A stretch of 64,000 bases of DNA from Tubulanus polymorphus (GCF_964204645.1 NC_134035.1:12618451-12682450), one strand, 5' to 3'. Numbered from the stretch's first letter, positions 39,601 through 63,602 are shown. Numbers and translations are program-made. The notes: generated by a model from the letters alone, not told the origin.

Positions 39601-39882
39601 TATCTTCTAAACTGGAAAAAAGACACTTTTTACTCGTTGATTAAACTGGTCAGAATCATAGCCCTTTAAGTAAATCAAAGATGAATATGTTGAGGAATTC
39701 GCTTTTTCTGCCATATTCCGTTGCCAGAAGGGATAGGAGCGGACCTAGGGACGTTCCAACGTTACCGCGTGAGAGCTTTACCCGCGGATGAAGAAGCTCT
39801 AGTATTTTATATAGGATCCCCTCCCTCAGATTGAAGAACCCCGCTTTTACATTCCGTCTGTGGTGATTGTGATGCTGGATAG

Positions 39883-40876
39883 AGCAGTATGGCTCGGTGC
39901 GACCCCCTGCAGTATAGCTCGGTGCGACCCCCTGCAGTATAGCTCGGTGCGACCCCCTGCAGTAGAGCACGGTGCGACCCCCAGCAGTATAGCCCGGTGC
40001 GACCCCCAGCAGTATAGCCCGGTGCGACCCCCAGCAGTATAGCCCGGTGCGACCCCCTGCAGTATAGCCCGGTGCGACCCCCTGCAGTATAGCACGGTGC
40101 GACCCCCTGCAGTATAGCTCGGTGCGACCCCCTGCAGTACAGCTCGGTGCGACCCCCAGCAGTATAGCCCGGTGCGACCCCCAGCAGTATAGCACGGTGC
40201 GACCCCCAGCAGTATAGCCCGATGCGACCCCCAGCAGTATAGCTCGGTGCGACCCCCAGCAGTATAGCACGGTGCGACCCCCTGCAGTATAGCTCGGTGC
40301 GACCCCCAGCAGTATAGCTCGGTGCGACCCCCAGCAGTATAGCACGGTGCGACCCCCAGCAGTATAGCACGGTGCGACCCCCAGCAGTATAGCTCGGTGC
40401 GACCCCCAGCAGTATAGCACGGTGCGACCCCCAGCAGTATAGCACGGTGCGACCCCCAGCAGTATAGCACGGTGCGACCCCCAGCAGTATAGCTCGGTGT
40501 GACCCCCAGCAGTATAGCTCGGTGTGACCCCCAGCAGTATAGCTCGGTGCGACCCCCAGCAGTATAGCACGGTGCGACCCCCAGCAGTATAGCTCGGTGT
40601 GACCCCCAGCAGTATAGCCCGATGCGACCCCCTGCAGTATAGCACGGTGCGACCCCCAGCAGTATAGCCCGGTGCGACCCCCAGCAGTATAGCCCGATGC
40701 GACCCCCAGCAGTATAGCTCGGTGCGACCCCCTGCAGTATAGCCCGGTGCGACCCCCTGCAGTATAGCACGGTGCGACCCCCAACAGTATAGCCCGGTGC
40801 GACCCCCAGCAGTATAGCCCGGTGCGACCCCCAGCAGTATAGCCCGGTGCGACCCCCTGCAGTATAGCTCGGTGCC
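39883..40876. repeat. GC-rich 25-bp minisatellite, about 40 copies
   Basis: Unit gaccccc(a/t)gcagtatagc(a/c/t)cggtgc-like (e.g. gacccccagcagtatagcccggtgc), highly homogeneous. Confidence 0.95.
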
Positions 40877-41692
40877 CTGAGCAACGACAAGATAGGAAAA
40901 CTATGCGAGTATACGACGTATGGACACAATTCTACGAGGCAACTTCTCTTACATTCATTTTTGAAAATATTCCGTATCAATATAGTGAAAACGTCACTTT
41001 CGAATAGGTTTTCTTTCTAACTGTGGTTTTTCTCTAATTCAAAAGCAAATCGACGCCGTTTCATGGTTTCTTTCGGTGTCCGTTAACTAGTTCTGAAATG
41101 TTATCATCGCATGTACATAATATTAGCCTAGAAACAGGCCAACCTCAATACAAATTCAGCCACATCTAAATGTTTTACTTCAGACAACAAAATACTCAGC
41201 AATTCTGAAAATCTCAAGAAATCCAGCGGTTAATTGTTACTTAATAGTCACTTCTACTGAATTGTCGTCATTCGACTGGAAATTTCAATTTTATTGTAAG
41301 CATTTCATTTTTATTAAGAAACTTTAAGTACATTCGCGAGTTTTTTTTCCAGTTTTCTTTAGTCGACAAGAAACCTGGATTTCTTTACTTTCACTGTGGG
41401 TTTGATACGGGTTAAAAGTAGAGGCAATGAACTGAGTATAGTCTATTCCTGAACACAAAAACTGTGAAACTAGATTCGCGAACTGTAGAACTGACAAAAT
41501 GTGAACTTTAAGTTAAGAAACTTTCAGAGATGGATAAAACTAACGAAAATGTGAAAAGCTGCGGAACGGGTTGAAACAGGTCTGAGACTTTATAATTCCG
41601 TCAGTATTCGAATAAGTTATGAGCTCAAGGAAACAACTTCCTGACTCTGATTTTTCAATTCATAGCGTTGGATTCCATATTAGAGGTCTGAA

Positions 41693-42097
41693 ACTTTTTT
41701 GTTTAAAATTTCATTATTATATTTTCAACTTTTTTGTTCAAAATGTCGTATATTTTCAACATTTTTGTTTAAAATGTCATATATTTTCAACATTTTCGTT
41801 TAAAATGTCATATATTTTCAACATTTTTGTTTAAAATGTCGTATATTTTCAACTTTTTTGTTCAAAATGTCGTATATTTTCAACATTTTTGTTTAAAATG
41901 TCATATATTTTCAACATTTTTGTTTAAAATGTCATATATTTTCAACATTTTTGTTTAAAATGTCGTATATTTTCAACTTTTTTGTTCAAAATGTCGTATA
42001 TTTTCAACATTTTTGTTCAAAATGTCGTATATTTTCAACATTTTTGTTTAAAATGTCATATATTTTCAACTTTTTTGTTTAAAATGTCGTTTATTTT
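41693..42097. repeat. AT-rich 31-32-bp minisatellite, about 13 copies
   Basis: Unit tttttgtttaaaatgtc(a/g)tatattttcaac(a/t). Confidence 0.92.
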
Positions 42098-42501
42098 CAT
42101 GACAACGTGTCCCAAAGCGGGCACAAACAGGTTATGCTTATACCCATATTGAAAGGCGTAGCATTATTCATCGTGTTGTTATAAACATTAGGTTTTCATT
42201 GGTTAAGGATATATTGTGTAGACGATATTAGCCCCTTTAATAGTTGCGACTCTTTGATAAGTCGGTAGATAAAGACAGTGAAATGCAACCATTGTGACAA
42301 CATCACCGATTGTGTTTAACGTATTTTTTCTCCACACAATATCCCACGGTTCTGATGCGCCGTTAATGGATCTCGTTACTTTCATCAGACCCCAGTTAAG
42401 AATTCTTTTTTGAGCAATAAAAAAAACCTCTTCGCGAACTATCGTATGTGTGTGTGCGTGTCGTGAGAGGGATTCATACATAATTCATCGTGTGATTCGT
42501 A

Positions 42502-42627
<126 letters not shown>

Positions 42628-43426
42628 CCCCTCCCTCCTCCCTCCAGACACCTTCTATCCTACCCCTTCTCCGAAAATTATTGCTAATTATCCCCTTACC
42701 TCTAACCCTTCCATCCGTGAGCTTTGTCTTGATTTCTTTCCAAATTGATAATTCGAATGTTTATTTTCGTTGATTCCTGTATTTTGTATCAATTTACTTT
42801 TAAGTACAAGGATTACTGGTAGACATTTCACTACATGTTAACAACAGAAATTGTAATTATTGATACTCGTTATTTAGAATCGATCTTGTTCATATTAGTA
42901 CGCGTCCTATATCTTCCCTTATCATATCATCATATATCTCCTGTTATGCAGTTTCTCCACCCCTCGAACCAATCGTTTCTAGCTGATTTTCATCCGCAAA
43001 CCGGCTGAAGAATAGACCCATGACGCCAGTATAGATTCAACAAATTCGATTCTTATACCAATTCACTGCGAATAACAGATCGAAATCAGTGGCCCAGTAA
43101 CCAAATTCTCGCCGAAATTCGTAAATATAAGAATCGATCCAGATTCGGAGATGATACTTTTTTCGAAACGATGTCCAATAAATACATCATATCTGTAATA
43201 AATTGGCGCCTATTCGTCGCATTATTGTCAAATCTATAGCGCGTGCGGTGTATTATTCAAATGATAAATATTATTATAGGATCGGCAATAATCCGGAGGC
43301 TGTTCGGTTTAAAGAAACACGTATATTCACCATCACTATCGACCACAGGTTGAGAGTTAAAGATGTGTTATACATTTAGTCCATGAGGAGAGGAGATAGA
43401 GAGGGTGAGAGAGACTGAGTATAAAG

Positions 43427-43500
<74 letters not shown>

Positions 43501-44913
43501 GAGTTGGTTGGGTAGACGAGGAAGGAGTGTTGTACATTAGACTGATTTCTTTCCTCGAAAACGTTTTACATTCATAGCGAACACGCGATACAAAAACAAG
43601 TCTATGACGGATTAAACGCTCGTCTTAAACCTGAAAGTCGCGTCCGAGTTTAGAGACCAAAACAGTTCACAAAACTATAATGCGCGCTGATTTATAATTT
43701 CTAACTCATTTTGATTAAATGAATGATACGTTTTCGTCTGCCAAGAAACTGAGATTGACTTTTCAAAGTTTCTTTGCATGGGTCTTACTCAAATTATGAC
43801 AAAAATGAAATACTATTACTCTGGCGCCTTTCCAATTGTACCGGGTGCTCTAGATGCCTTAAATACCCTAAATGCCCCAAATGCCCTATAAGAACTAAAT
43901 TGCTAGGCGTTAATGACGACCACAACCGCTTAAGGCCTTTAAGACCGGGACCTAAAAAACTGTTTAATCAAAGATAAGTAACTAATGTCATTAACCCTAG
44001 AGGTGATTTCATTTGTTAATAAGTCGAATTAGATCCCACGCAAGCTCGCCTCCTGAATCTCCTCTCTCCCTAATTCCTGTAGGGGTTGATGCCTTTTCCA
44101 TGAATATACGTAACGTGTTTAATCCCCCGGAATAAAATATAAACCTATACGAGAAAGGTCGTTTTACAATTGCGCTTAACGTTATAATAACTCCCACCGC
44201 CAATCCCAGTTATTCGAGTCATTGAAAAAATTAGACCTATGTGTAATTTGTAAATATCAAGGATTAGATAGGCTTACAGCGAAAAATATATAAACGTCTG
44301 AATAGCAAGTCGTTCAAGAATATCTAAATCTGTTTTCATTGAAACGCCCACAGGAGAAGTTGAAAATTAATATAAACCGCTGAAAAACCTGACCGACTGA
44401 AAAACGTATCAATATTGCTGAAACGACGACTAACGTTGGCGAATATTATGAAATGCTAATTTTAGATCTTGCGATCACGAAACAACTTTAAAAACATATG
44501 AATCTTAATCTCTTGTATTTGACAAATAATTCGAAAGCAAATCGCGACCTGTTGCAGAAATATTTCATTTTTTAGAAATTACCCATTGCCTCTTATTGTG
44601 TTGATGGCGGTCGCGTTATTGTATTGACGAAACCTCAAAGTTCATTTTGCTATCAAACACACCCCCGTTCCGTATCAGACCCTTTAATGCGTGGTTTGTA
44701 TTGAAGACGAAAGCAATTTTCATCTCTACACGCGACGGTGCGAGAGTGGAAAACATTTCGATCAAAATACTGATTAGTTTAAATTTCCCTCCCGTTCGTT
44801 CCGAGACTGTTTTGTGTGCCGATAATTGTCCGATAATCACACAGCCGAATCTCACACTGTCAAACATCACCAGCAACAGTGACTGCCGGGTGAGCGTGGA
44901 TCACTGATGCATC

Positions 44914-45159
44914 CAGCGCCAACTTCGGTTTTCGTAGCTAGTCGACTAGTGGTCGGAACTAATAACCGAACGCACTATAGTTCGGTCGTAACGTGTTTCA
45001 TAGTTTCAGCCATCTTGGAAATGGGTCGGAACTAAACGACCGTGCTCAATCCCGTGGTCGACCATTTCCGGACCATAGTTCCGACTAACTGGCATTCGGT
45101 TTCGTTTAGTTTTAGTTGACTATAGTCGACTAAAACTCTGATAACCGAAGTTCACCCAT
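44914..45159. mobile_element. MITE-like element, same family as 10604-10771
   Basis: Inverted ends gccaacttcggtttt ... ataaccgaagttcacc with subterminal tagtcgacta palindromes. Confidence 0.7.
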
Positions 45160-48100
45160 AGGTTACACTTTTCCTAGTGACAAGGGTATACATTTCATAC
45201 AATTCGCATGTCTGTATCCCGGACAAGGCGACTACAGCAGAAGATGCAATGCAAGCTTACATTATGAGATTTAAAGGCTTTGCTGTTGAGTAACGTTTAC
45301 TAGTGGAATTGAAGAACAAGAGCATCGAGGACACTAATTGTCACCCCCCCCCCCCACCTCTCATCGAGGCTCGAGTGCTGGGGCATTACAGTAAATAAAC
45401 CTCGACCTTTCACTCGGGTCAGCAGCCAGCACTTGACGTCCAAAATCCAAAATGACGCTTTGCGATGTCAGGTGCGTAACCTTTATCATGCACGTATATG
45501 CTAGAGTTTAATATACGTCGATGGCTCTGTTAAACGCATTTGGAACCCGGCACCGGGGTGAACTGCCTATCAACCACGTCCAGAACTGGCGGTGAAGCAC
45601 TCATCATCAGTATTTTCAGCCTTAACTATGTTTATTTTTCACGCGCCGATGAAATCAACATTAATGACGACAAGGGCTGGATACAGAAACGACGCAATAA
45701 TTCTCTCGAGTAATGCGACATAAAACAGATCGTCAGACAAAGCATCGACGATCTACAGTAATCCTTCACAGTTACCGCTGAATAGCGAAATCACCACTTT
45801 CATTTGGAGGACTGCTCCAAACGACCTTAATAGATCAGACGTATAATGCAGCCTGGTTTTGAAGATCTGAGACGGAAAAACGGCCTTAAAGAATGCTTTT
45901 ATTGCGATGTGTGTATTTTTAGAGATCGCTTTCTAAGAATGTGTCGTTGAAGGTTTATATGTATGTATAAAATTTTGTGTCATCAGTGCTGGAATTTTCT
46001 GTGCAGCGTTCACAAGATTTATAGAGTAATCAAGGGTTGATATTTATTGTCACGGAAGAGCCAGCACTAAGTGGAACACACAGTTTGAAAACGTCTTAAA
46101 TTCAGTCCATACATTTCTGCAATTTGCTCATCCTATTATATTGTGCAATGATCCAGGGGCCAGTTGCGCAGCAGATACTCAGATTTTAGACATGTCTTAG
46201 ACCATCTGGCTCCACGCCCATAACCAAACAAGTTAAGACAAGTCTTATGATTCAATACCATTTTTGAACACAGGGGCCAGTTGCAAAGTCATAGCTTAGA
46301 TTCAAAACCGGCCTTTGACCGTCTTAGTTCTATAGCGAATCTAACAACTGTAAGACCAGCCTTAAGCTAAGCCATAAGACAACTTTTGGTGTGAAGTGGA
46401 CTGTGCAACTGGACGCGCAGTTTTACACAAATAGCTTATTAGGACTGATTTTTCAGTTTTGTTGATATTATTAAGATTATTAGCAAACAGATGAATCTAT
46501 AATTTACGTTCAGGACAATTCTCACATATTTCTAGATTATTTCTGAAAATACCGCCCGTTATCAGCTGGATTCGATGCAAATGGTGGTAAGTTAATTCAA
46601 AGAGATATAGAACTCGACATTTAGCTAAAATAAAGTACTTCAGTTTCATATCTTTCAACAGATTATTCTCTTCAGCCGGCGAAAGTTTTTTTCTAGCGGC
46701 CACGAAAATCTTATGGCTGGATAGAAAGCTTAATCAAGGGCGAATACTGGTTAATGCGGTTCAAATAAAATGTACGACAGCTGATGGTGGTGGCGAGCTG
46801 CGAAGAGAAGTGTGATCAGTGATGATGCTAACATTCGGCACATTAACGATATACACGAGCCAGCGGTGATGTTGTATTGTTAATAACACACCAAATGTGT
46901 TTATCGGGGAATGTATCTTTTCCGAGTCTAATCCGGGCCACTGATAGCTCTCTCTCTCTCTCCCTCTCCTCTCACATACACACATAAAATCAATAGAATT
47001 GTCGGGGAAAATGATGGAATTTCTTCTAGTCTGTCTCATGATTTGGTCATCGAACTGGAAAGATAAGCGCTGGGAATGGATTGTACAAACAATGAGACCT
47101 GGTTTGGGAATAGATTTTGAGAGATCAAATCTCGGCTCTGTTCGCTCCGTAGCATCAGTAGGGGATCGCATCGCTGAACGTGATCCGCTGCGATCGAAAA
47201 AACCAACGTGTGAGAGACAGAGAGAGAGAGAGGGAGAGAGAGGGAAAGAGAGAATGAGAGAGACACCGAGCACCGAGCTTGACAACAGTACAGAATACCG
47301 AATTAGCGACTCGAATTAGCGACTGTAGCATTGGTGAAATGCTGCTATTTTCCTAGCCATGTCATGCAATCAGAATACGTCTTTCACAGTTAAGTTTTAC
47401 TCTTTCAGTTAGAATTACTGCATTTCAATGTTCTAACCATAGAGTCAAACTGTGCCACAGGGGCGGTTCAAAGGTGCAGATCGAGAGAAAGATCTTTAGT
47501 AATCGGTTGAATCTGACTTATCTTTTCCAATGTTTTTCAAATTGTAAATAATTACTGCAGAACTGGGTAATTTTAATACTGCATGTTTGATTTTTTTTAG
47601 ATTTGGGTGCGCCGCCGAAAAGGTACAAAAATAGAGATCAACCCCCCAGCAACTGGTTTGATATTCAAACCTGTAATTTTCTAATAGCAAGCCCAATTAA
47701 AATGTGGAAAAAAACCTAGAAATAGAAGCAATTAATGATTGAATCATCTGTAATTTGTTTAATTATAAATCATAAAACTTCGGACCTCAATCTGTGCTAA
47801 AAACCGCTACAATATCTTAAACGGTAAAAACTATCGAAACGATAATATTCACATAAAATCAATATTGTCTTTTGAAAGAAACTCTTTAAATCACTCCTTA
47901 AACTCTTTAAATTCAATTAAGTCCAAGCTATTCATTCTTTGGCAGAATTCATTTCAAAAAAAAATTTATAAATAGTAAATGTATATCTGTCCTGTACATC
48001 TTTACAGGTGTATAATACTAAAGTTTGTATAACCAACGTTTATGTTTGTATATTCAACTTTCTATTTCAGAAAATAAACTTTTTTTTATCATTTTCATTA

Positions 48101-50672
48101 TTTTAATGTATGTATATTCAATTTCTTATTTCAGGAAATAAAGTCTTATCATTACCATTGCTATAATCATTACATGAACTAACCAATAGCAACTAAACCA
48201 AAGATTGGGTTTTGTCTTCTCTTTTTTTTAACTGGGCCCCAGTTGCTCAGCGGTCATTGGGGTTCAAACGCCTTGATAACTGATATAGTGACGATTGAAA
48301 TAACACCCTGGTTATTTTCCATAGCGTTTGGTTAAGTTCCACTCCACAAGTATTCTTAAAACCTGGTTGATTTCCAATGTTTAATTTAGCCTTGAATCAA
48401 ATTTCAACCCATAGTTATGTTCAACTGCACAGTCACGACTTAAGTCCAAAAGTGAACTTAAATCTTAAGGCAGGTCTTGAGTTGTTAGATCGGCTATAGA
48501 TTTAAGATAGACTTAATCCGGTCTTGAATCAAAGTAATGAATTTGTGACTGCGACCTTTGAAGTTCATTTTCATGGAAAAGATTATCAACACGTCATCAG
48601 CGTTTTACCAAAATCGTGATTCTCTTAAAAATCCTTCGACATTTGCACTTCGATTTCCGGTTTCAAAATCAAACCCGCTGTTTCATTCCCGAGCGTTTTG
48701 CGTTGAGTTTGTGAGGGACAACAAATCAAATTAAAATCAACCAAAATCTTCAAACTAAATAAGTAACAGGGACAATCCCTAGTTTGAGATCAACGAATCA
48801 ATGTAGAAACTGTAACGGTGTTGCGAACACGTCAGTATAGAATACTTCTTCAACTAAACTTTTTAAAACAGTTTAAAAACAATTAGAAAAAAAAATTGTT
48901 TTCCATCCGAATGAACGTTTACCGACCTTTCAAGTGGACGATTGAGTCGATTACTCGATTTTAAAATTCCTCGGATACTTTCATCTATCGCAAAAAAAGA
49001 TATCTTACGTTATCTCCCTGGTGAACATCTTCTGCCGGAGCGAAAAATATACATGTTTGTACCTTTCATCGTTTGAATATCTGATGGAAATTTTACAGCG
49101 ACCGGTAACGTTAATTGTCACTACCGAGTTCATAATTCATACCGGCGTCAACTGACTCATTGTATAATATCCAGGGATGGCAGTTGTATAGTATTGGCTT
49201 ACATAAGACTAGTCTAAGACCATCTCACTTATACAAACGATCTAGCAACACAACACCTATTAGTTTTAAGTAAGGTGTTAATATTTAAGACTTATGAAGC
49301 CCCGACTGTGCAACTGGGGCTCAGGCGTCAAATATGTAATCTAAATTGAAAGTGCCGGCTTAGTTTGAAAACGAAATCCCTTATTTCAAGAACATACAAA
49401 ATGCAAAATACATGAACCTTGACTGTGACCAGTCGTTGGAATGAGATTTTCAATTAACCAAATCTATTTCTTGACGACTTTTACATTTAACCATCGACAA
49501 GGAAGAAAGCACGCTAGAAACGGAATGAACGTAAATATATCTTACCCCAGTATCGGTCACAGTACCCCTCCATGTGGTCCAGCTGTGTAGGATGGCTCCC
49601 ATGTGAACATCGGAGAAACGAACTAACGTCTACCTAGCGTCGCTTCTTAATTCCGAGTAACGTTAGAGAAGTGTTGCTGAGCGTGTGAGTGCCGCCGACG
49701 CCGCCGCCGCCGCGTAAACGGTTGCAACATCCCACCACTTACTAGAGTGTCTCTCATTCGGGTCTATACCATTACTATACTACAACTACCACACAGTAGC
49801 GCGTGTGACGATGATACGACGTTTTTCTTTCTCCTCTTTTTCTTCTTCTCTTCTTCTCGTATACCTCTTACTCGATTCAATACGAGTTAGTCGCCTGTAA
49901 AATGATCAACGTAAAAGCTAAAATGAGGAATAGTCGACGAACGCTAGCTGATGGTATACGGCATAAGCTGCTCGAGTAACACTAGACTATTCGATTAATC
50001 TGTGACAACGTTTTTATATAAATCATCTTCACCATTTGTTTCATGTGATAATGGCTACAGTTATGGTGTTAGGTTACGTTCGCTTCAAGATATTTCCAAG
50101 ACCTAAATACACAATCTTTCGCTATCTAATAGTCATTCTACATGCTACTGATAGCATTTCGGTATTTCTTGGTTCGTTCGACAATTTCATCACATCTTTT
50201 TACGTTTGCATTTTAACCGAAGTTACGAAGTGTAAAATACAACAGGGGCTGCGACTGATGGAAAAACCGGTTTCAGTTTCACAGTTGGGAGTAAGAGTTA
50301 AAATTTGAAATTATCAAACGTTTTAACAGTTGAAAACGGTTCATTTTCAGTTCATTAGTCGAACGTAGAATCGAAATATCAACTCAAAAACTATGGAATT
50401 GAGGATCCTGGTGGATGCCATAGTGAAATTGCATTATTATTGGTATTTGTCCACCAGTTAAATCGTAACCATCTTTGCAGCGACCCCGGCTGCGGGCTTT
50501 CGAGTGTAATCCGCATTCGCGTAAGTTGAGACCGATGGAACCAAATGCCTCGAAAAAACGAAAATCAAAAACGTCGATTAACAATTTGTTTCTCGTTGTT
50601 GATAAAATCGAACGTTTCCACACGATATTCTACCACATTGAAATGTTTACGGACATCTAAAGAAGTACGTAC

Positions 50673-50812
<140 letters not shown>

Positions 50813-51322
50813 ATCATATATAGAACGAAATATTACCCGATTTTTAACGTTAACAATTTTTTTGTCACGAAACAATAGTTCATCGTACACACAACGCCGC
50901 TGCGGTGCTTAATCTAACCTTTGCCTCGCGATTGTTTGTACAACCTTCGAAGTGTTTCGACGTTGAAATAATAATAATAAAAGCATTTGTGTGTTAACTG
51001 GTCGCTTTAAAAACGTTTTTATTTGACACGGATGTTGGTCTTGATATCAACTCAGTGCATTAGGTAGTAAAATAAACATCGCGATCAATCATATTGCTGT
51101 AAGTGTCAACGCCATTTACTCTGTGTGTCGGTGCATCATCACCGGTTATCCCGCCGCTGCAGCCGCCTGTATCTTCCTCGTTTAGTCAGACAAGAAATAT
51201 TCATTGTGCCCCGCCATATTGGCCGTTGATCGCGAGCGGCGACCGTCAGTAAATTAAGAGACGAGTGAACCGTTTGACGGCCGATATGTCGAAAAATTAA
51301 ATCCACAATATGCATATGAAGA

Positions 51323-51660
51323 AAAACTAAGAGAGTAGTGACATTTCGACAGAATTCTAAGAGCCATTTTCAAAACTAGAGAATTAACGTTCAGACTTAA
51401 TTTTCTGAGCCATTTTCAAAACTCTAAGGAGTCATAACATTTAGACTCAGTTCTCTGAGCTATTTTAGAAAACTAAGAGTTTAGTGACGTTTAGATTCAA
51501 TTATCTAGTGAGTTTCAGAAATAAGAGAGTAGTGACGTTTCACCCGAATTCTACGAGCTATTTTCAAAACACTTTTTCGAAATCAGTTTTCAAATCGCTG
51601 GTCGAGATTTGAAAATATCAACTCAGGGAATTTGGAGTCGAAACGTCAAACACTATTTCA
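51323..51660. repeat. Diverged 49-bp satellite array (about 5 copies) with a degenerate inverted arm
   Basis: Degenerate copies of the 33078-33598 unit. Confidence 0.75.
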
Positions 51661-52053
51661 GTTTTTCTCACAATTATTTGTTTGTTCCTCGGTAACAGTA
51701 CGCATTATCGATAATAAATGACCTCTTTTATTTCGTCTTTCGACGTCGGGTATTTTGACGACCCCGTCCAATGATTTTACGCGGTAAAAGGTGATAACCT
51801 ACGATGTTGTGTCTCTGGGTCTTTCATCCCCGACGCGCGTCATGAAACAGGACACATTGATGATAGATTATATCGACGTATGATGATATATACCGACTTA
51901 TGCATTCTTATATCGGTCGTCAGTTGACCATAAGTGTGATGATACTGTCTTTGTACCATCAGTTCATCAGCAGATTAAAAACCAAACCTAAGTCTCAGCC
52001 ACATACATAGATGTATATCATTAAGAATAGAATAGTTAACATCGATTGTACAT

Positions 52054-52305
<252 letters not shown>

Positions 52306-53146
52306 ACTGATCTATTACATATCATTTTGATCGTTTCGATTTTCATCTAAAGCCTATGACTCAGTTATTTATTCAATTCCTACATCGTAGAATATTGTAA
52401 ACCTTTTATTCTTTTTTTTTTGTTGAATAGTAACAAACGGATACAAATCTGCCAAATCTTCGGCATCCGTAAAAAGAATTAGTCCAATCCGAATATTTTT
52501 TCACACCCTGGAACTACCCTGGGCCTTATTGCACTTGTACATGTCGAAATCCGACGAAATCCGTTTTTTTTTCTTATCAATTAATAGCAGCATCTAAACG
52601 AAGAACAACGTCTCATCCAGCTAGATACGACGAGAAGCTACTCTTCAAATCTTCCATTTTAATATTCGTGAATCATTGAGTATTTCGCGCGATCGTGTTG
52701 AAAAAACAAAGAACTTACGCGCGCTGAAGATCAGAGACCTAGTATTACCATTTACTAGTAGGTGTAACGCACACGCACGCAATACCCCAGGGTAAACCGA
52801 TGCAGCACCGATCCGTGTGTATCGTATCTCGTTTTAGCTTACCTCAGTTATAATGTGTAACGGTCAATGCGACGATAATATTCACTCGTCGGATTGTGGC
52901 AGTTGCGTTGAATTGCATCCATATTTTATTGCGTCCACAAGCGTGTCTATTGCGGGTGTACATTAACTCCATTACAGAGAGTGACTGTGGATGTTGTGTT
53001 TAATTCCTGGTTCTCTCTTTCGCTCTCTCTCGCTCTCTCTCTCTCTCCTCTCTCTCACTCGCTCTCTTGCAGCGGTCGTTTGCGGTGGATGCAGTACACA
53101 GTTGATGATGCTGCAATAACCACCACGAAATCGATGCATTTTTCGA

Positions 53147-53175
53147 TGACGTCACGCAGGTATTAATGAGCCAAT
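53147..53175. promoter_or_regulatory. CRE (TGACGTCA) plus CCAAT box, candidate minus-strand promoter
   Basis: TGACGTCA 53147-53154 and CCAAT 53171-53175, about 300 bp upstream (minus sense) of a consensus donor GAG|GTAAGC at 52843. Confidence 0.3.
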
Positions 53176-53356
53176 ATTTTGATATTGCGCGTTGATGCAT
53201 GATTATGATGGCAGTAGCTGAGACAGTGGTAGCAGCAGCAGCTGCAGCAGCGCTAGTTATCTTCAATGGAATATCATCGGTAACCATTGATGAAACACTT
53301 CGTGTCCGTGTTGTAAAAATGATTTGAAAAAATTCCATAATAAGAATGAATAAAAA

Positions 53357-53480
53357 GAGACCGAAATGTTTCCTTGAGCTATTGTAGTTTATTTCAACGT
53401 TTCGACTATATCCTGATAGTCCTCTTAAGGAATACAATCAAAATGTCGACGATAAACTATTAGCTCAGGAAACTGTTCTA
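53357..53480 (-). mobile_element. Copy of the hammerhead-bearing short element
   Basis: Starts gagaccgaaatgtttccttgagcta. Minus strand reads attc-CTTAAGA-ggactat-caggat-atagtc-GAAA-cg-tt-gaaat (core G5 mutated). Confidence 0.5.
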
Positions 53481-54796
53481 ACTCATTTTTCTATTCCATT
53501 GTGGCAATTCATATTAGAAAAGGACCTTATTTCAACGTATCGACGACATTCTAATAAGCATTCCTGAAGTTGATATTGACTAATATTGCCTTTTTGGACA
53601 TGAAAGTGCCCTTTTTGGTCTCGAAAAGTTCTATAAAACTTGCCCCATCTGTGGCGGGAAGCACACCTGATATTACCTTTTTGGACAACTCCTTCAAAAT
53701 TGGCAGGAATGCCCATCTTACAAATACGTCATTTAGTGTTACATAATTTTATGCTTAATAGAAGATCTTAATAAATGTAGCAACAAAATTTCTACGTTTA
53801 AACTACGTCTTCGTTTTAGCTGGGGAAGATGACTATCGAAACGTTGAATGAATAAATCTATAGCTTAACTGAAACTTCTCGAACTTTATCTGTCTTTTTA
53901 TAAGTGTAGGATTTTCTATATTTGCAACACGGAATTAGTGTTTCGCCAAGGTTATCCTTTAACTGGAGCCGCCCTTTGTTCATTGAATTTGCGTAGTATC
54001 TCGCGTATTCAACCGTAAAAATAAAATGGATCGATAAGAGCGTTATTATAGTGTCGATTTTTATATAGTAAAACATTGTTGCTGATGTGCACTGAAGCGA
54101 ACTGTTATACGCTGTCGCCGTCCTATTACTCTTATTCACGCTTCGATCGTCGTTAACGCGGATCAATTGAGAAAAGTTCACCCATAGCCGCAAGCTATCG
54201 TCGTCGTTCACTCGGTTCGTTCGATCGTTGGCGACGAGAAACTAATGTCGTCTTGGATATCATCGTTAACGATCTCGACGTAAGGATCACGAGGCCAAAC
54301 CGGCGACTCTATCGAATCTAGTACTATATTGAAACGGCCGGCTGGATCCTTTAGGCGTTCAGTACATCCAAAATCAAGTCTCACTTCTTGGCTGTAACAT
54401 ACTGACGAAAAGAAAAAGTCCTTATTTAAAACAACTTTTCAGAAGGGAAAGCGAATCAAAATGCGGGATATGAAATCAAAATCATATGAATATTGATTTG
54501 AATGCATTTGCGAAGATTGAAAAGTCCGCAGCACACGGCGGCGAGTTTGAGTATACACAGGAAAGCGAGTAGAACCGCTCTGAAGATCGGCAAACCGGGG
54601 CCATTTCGGAACTAGCGAGCGGCATGATTTGAAACATGATTTTGCCCGGCACTGGGAAGCGAGTGCGAAGTGTACATAGGTAAGCGAGGAGTTCCGCTGG
54701 TGGTTTGTAACGAACCGGAGCGTTCTGCTCCGACTCGATCGATTCGATTCTCGTTTCGGGTTCGAATCCCACATTAATCTACAACCGGCTTCCAAT

Positions 54797-63300
<8,504 letters not shown>

Positions 63301-63432
63301 GAGTGAATAACGCCGATAGTCGTAGTATCCGACGCTAGTTTCTTATCAACCGACAAGTTTATGCAGTATGCGAAACAATTTGAACTTTAAACTTTAAATG
63401 AAAGGAAAAGATGTAAACTTGAAATCAATGAA

Positions 63433-63434
<2 letters not shown>

Positions 63435-63484
<50 letters not shown>

Positions 63485-63602
63485 CCTCTCTCTCTCTCTC
63501 TCCCTCTCTCCCTCTCTCCCTCTCTCCCTCTCTCCCTCTCTCCCTCTCTCCCTCTCTCCCTCTCTCCCTCTCTCCCTCTCTCCCTCTCTCTCTCTCTCTC
63601 TC
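63435..63602. repeat. (CT)n-rich tract in the PSMD2 3' UTR
   Basis: CT / CTCTCC repeats between the stop codon and AATAAA. Confidence 0.93.

Noticed and set aside
39883-40876. Possible CRISPR-like array (also 33078-33598 and 63771-64000)
   Set aside because: Contiguous tandem repeats without unique spacers, eukaryotic context, no cas genes
39656-40980. Three overlapping 325-377 aa minus-strand ORFs with a repeating GGRTxLYCWGSHRAILLGVAP motif
   Set aside because: Artefact of a stop-free 25-bp unit cycling through all three frames; no codon-position bias, splice context or recognisable domain
54759-54769. B-box GGTTCGAATCC just upstream of PSMD2 (others at about 10845 and 22872) as tRNA genes
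   Set aside because: No A-box spacing or cloverleaf could be folded; at most isolated or SINE-derived B-boxes
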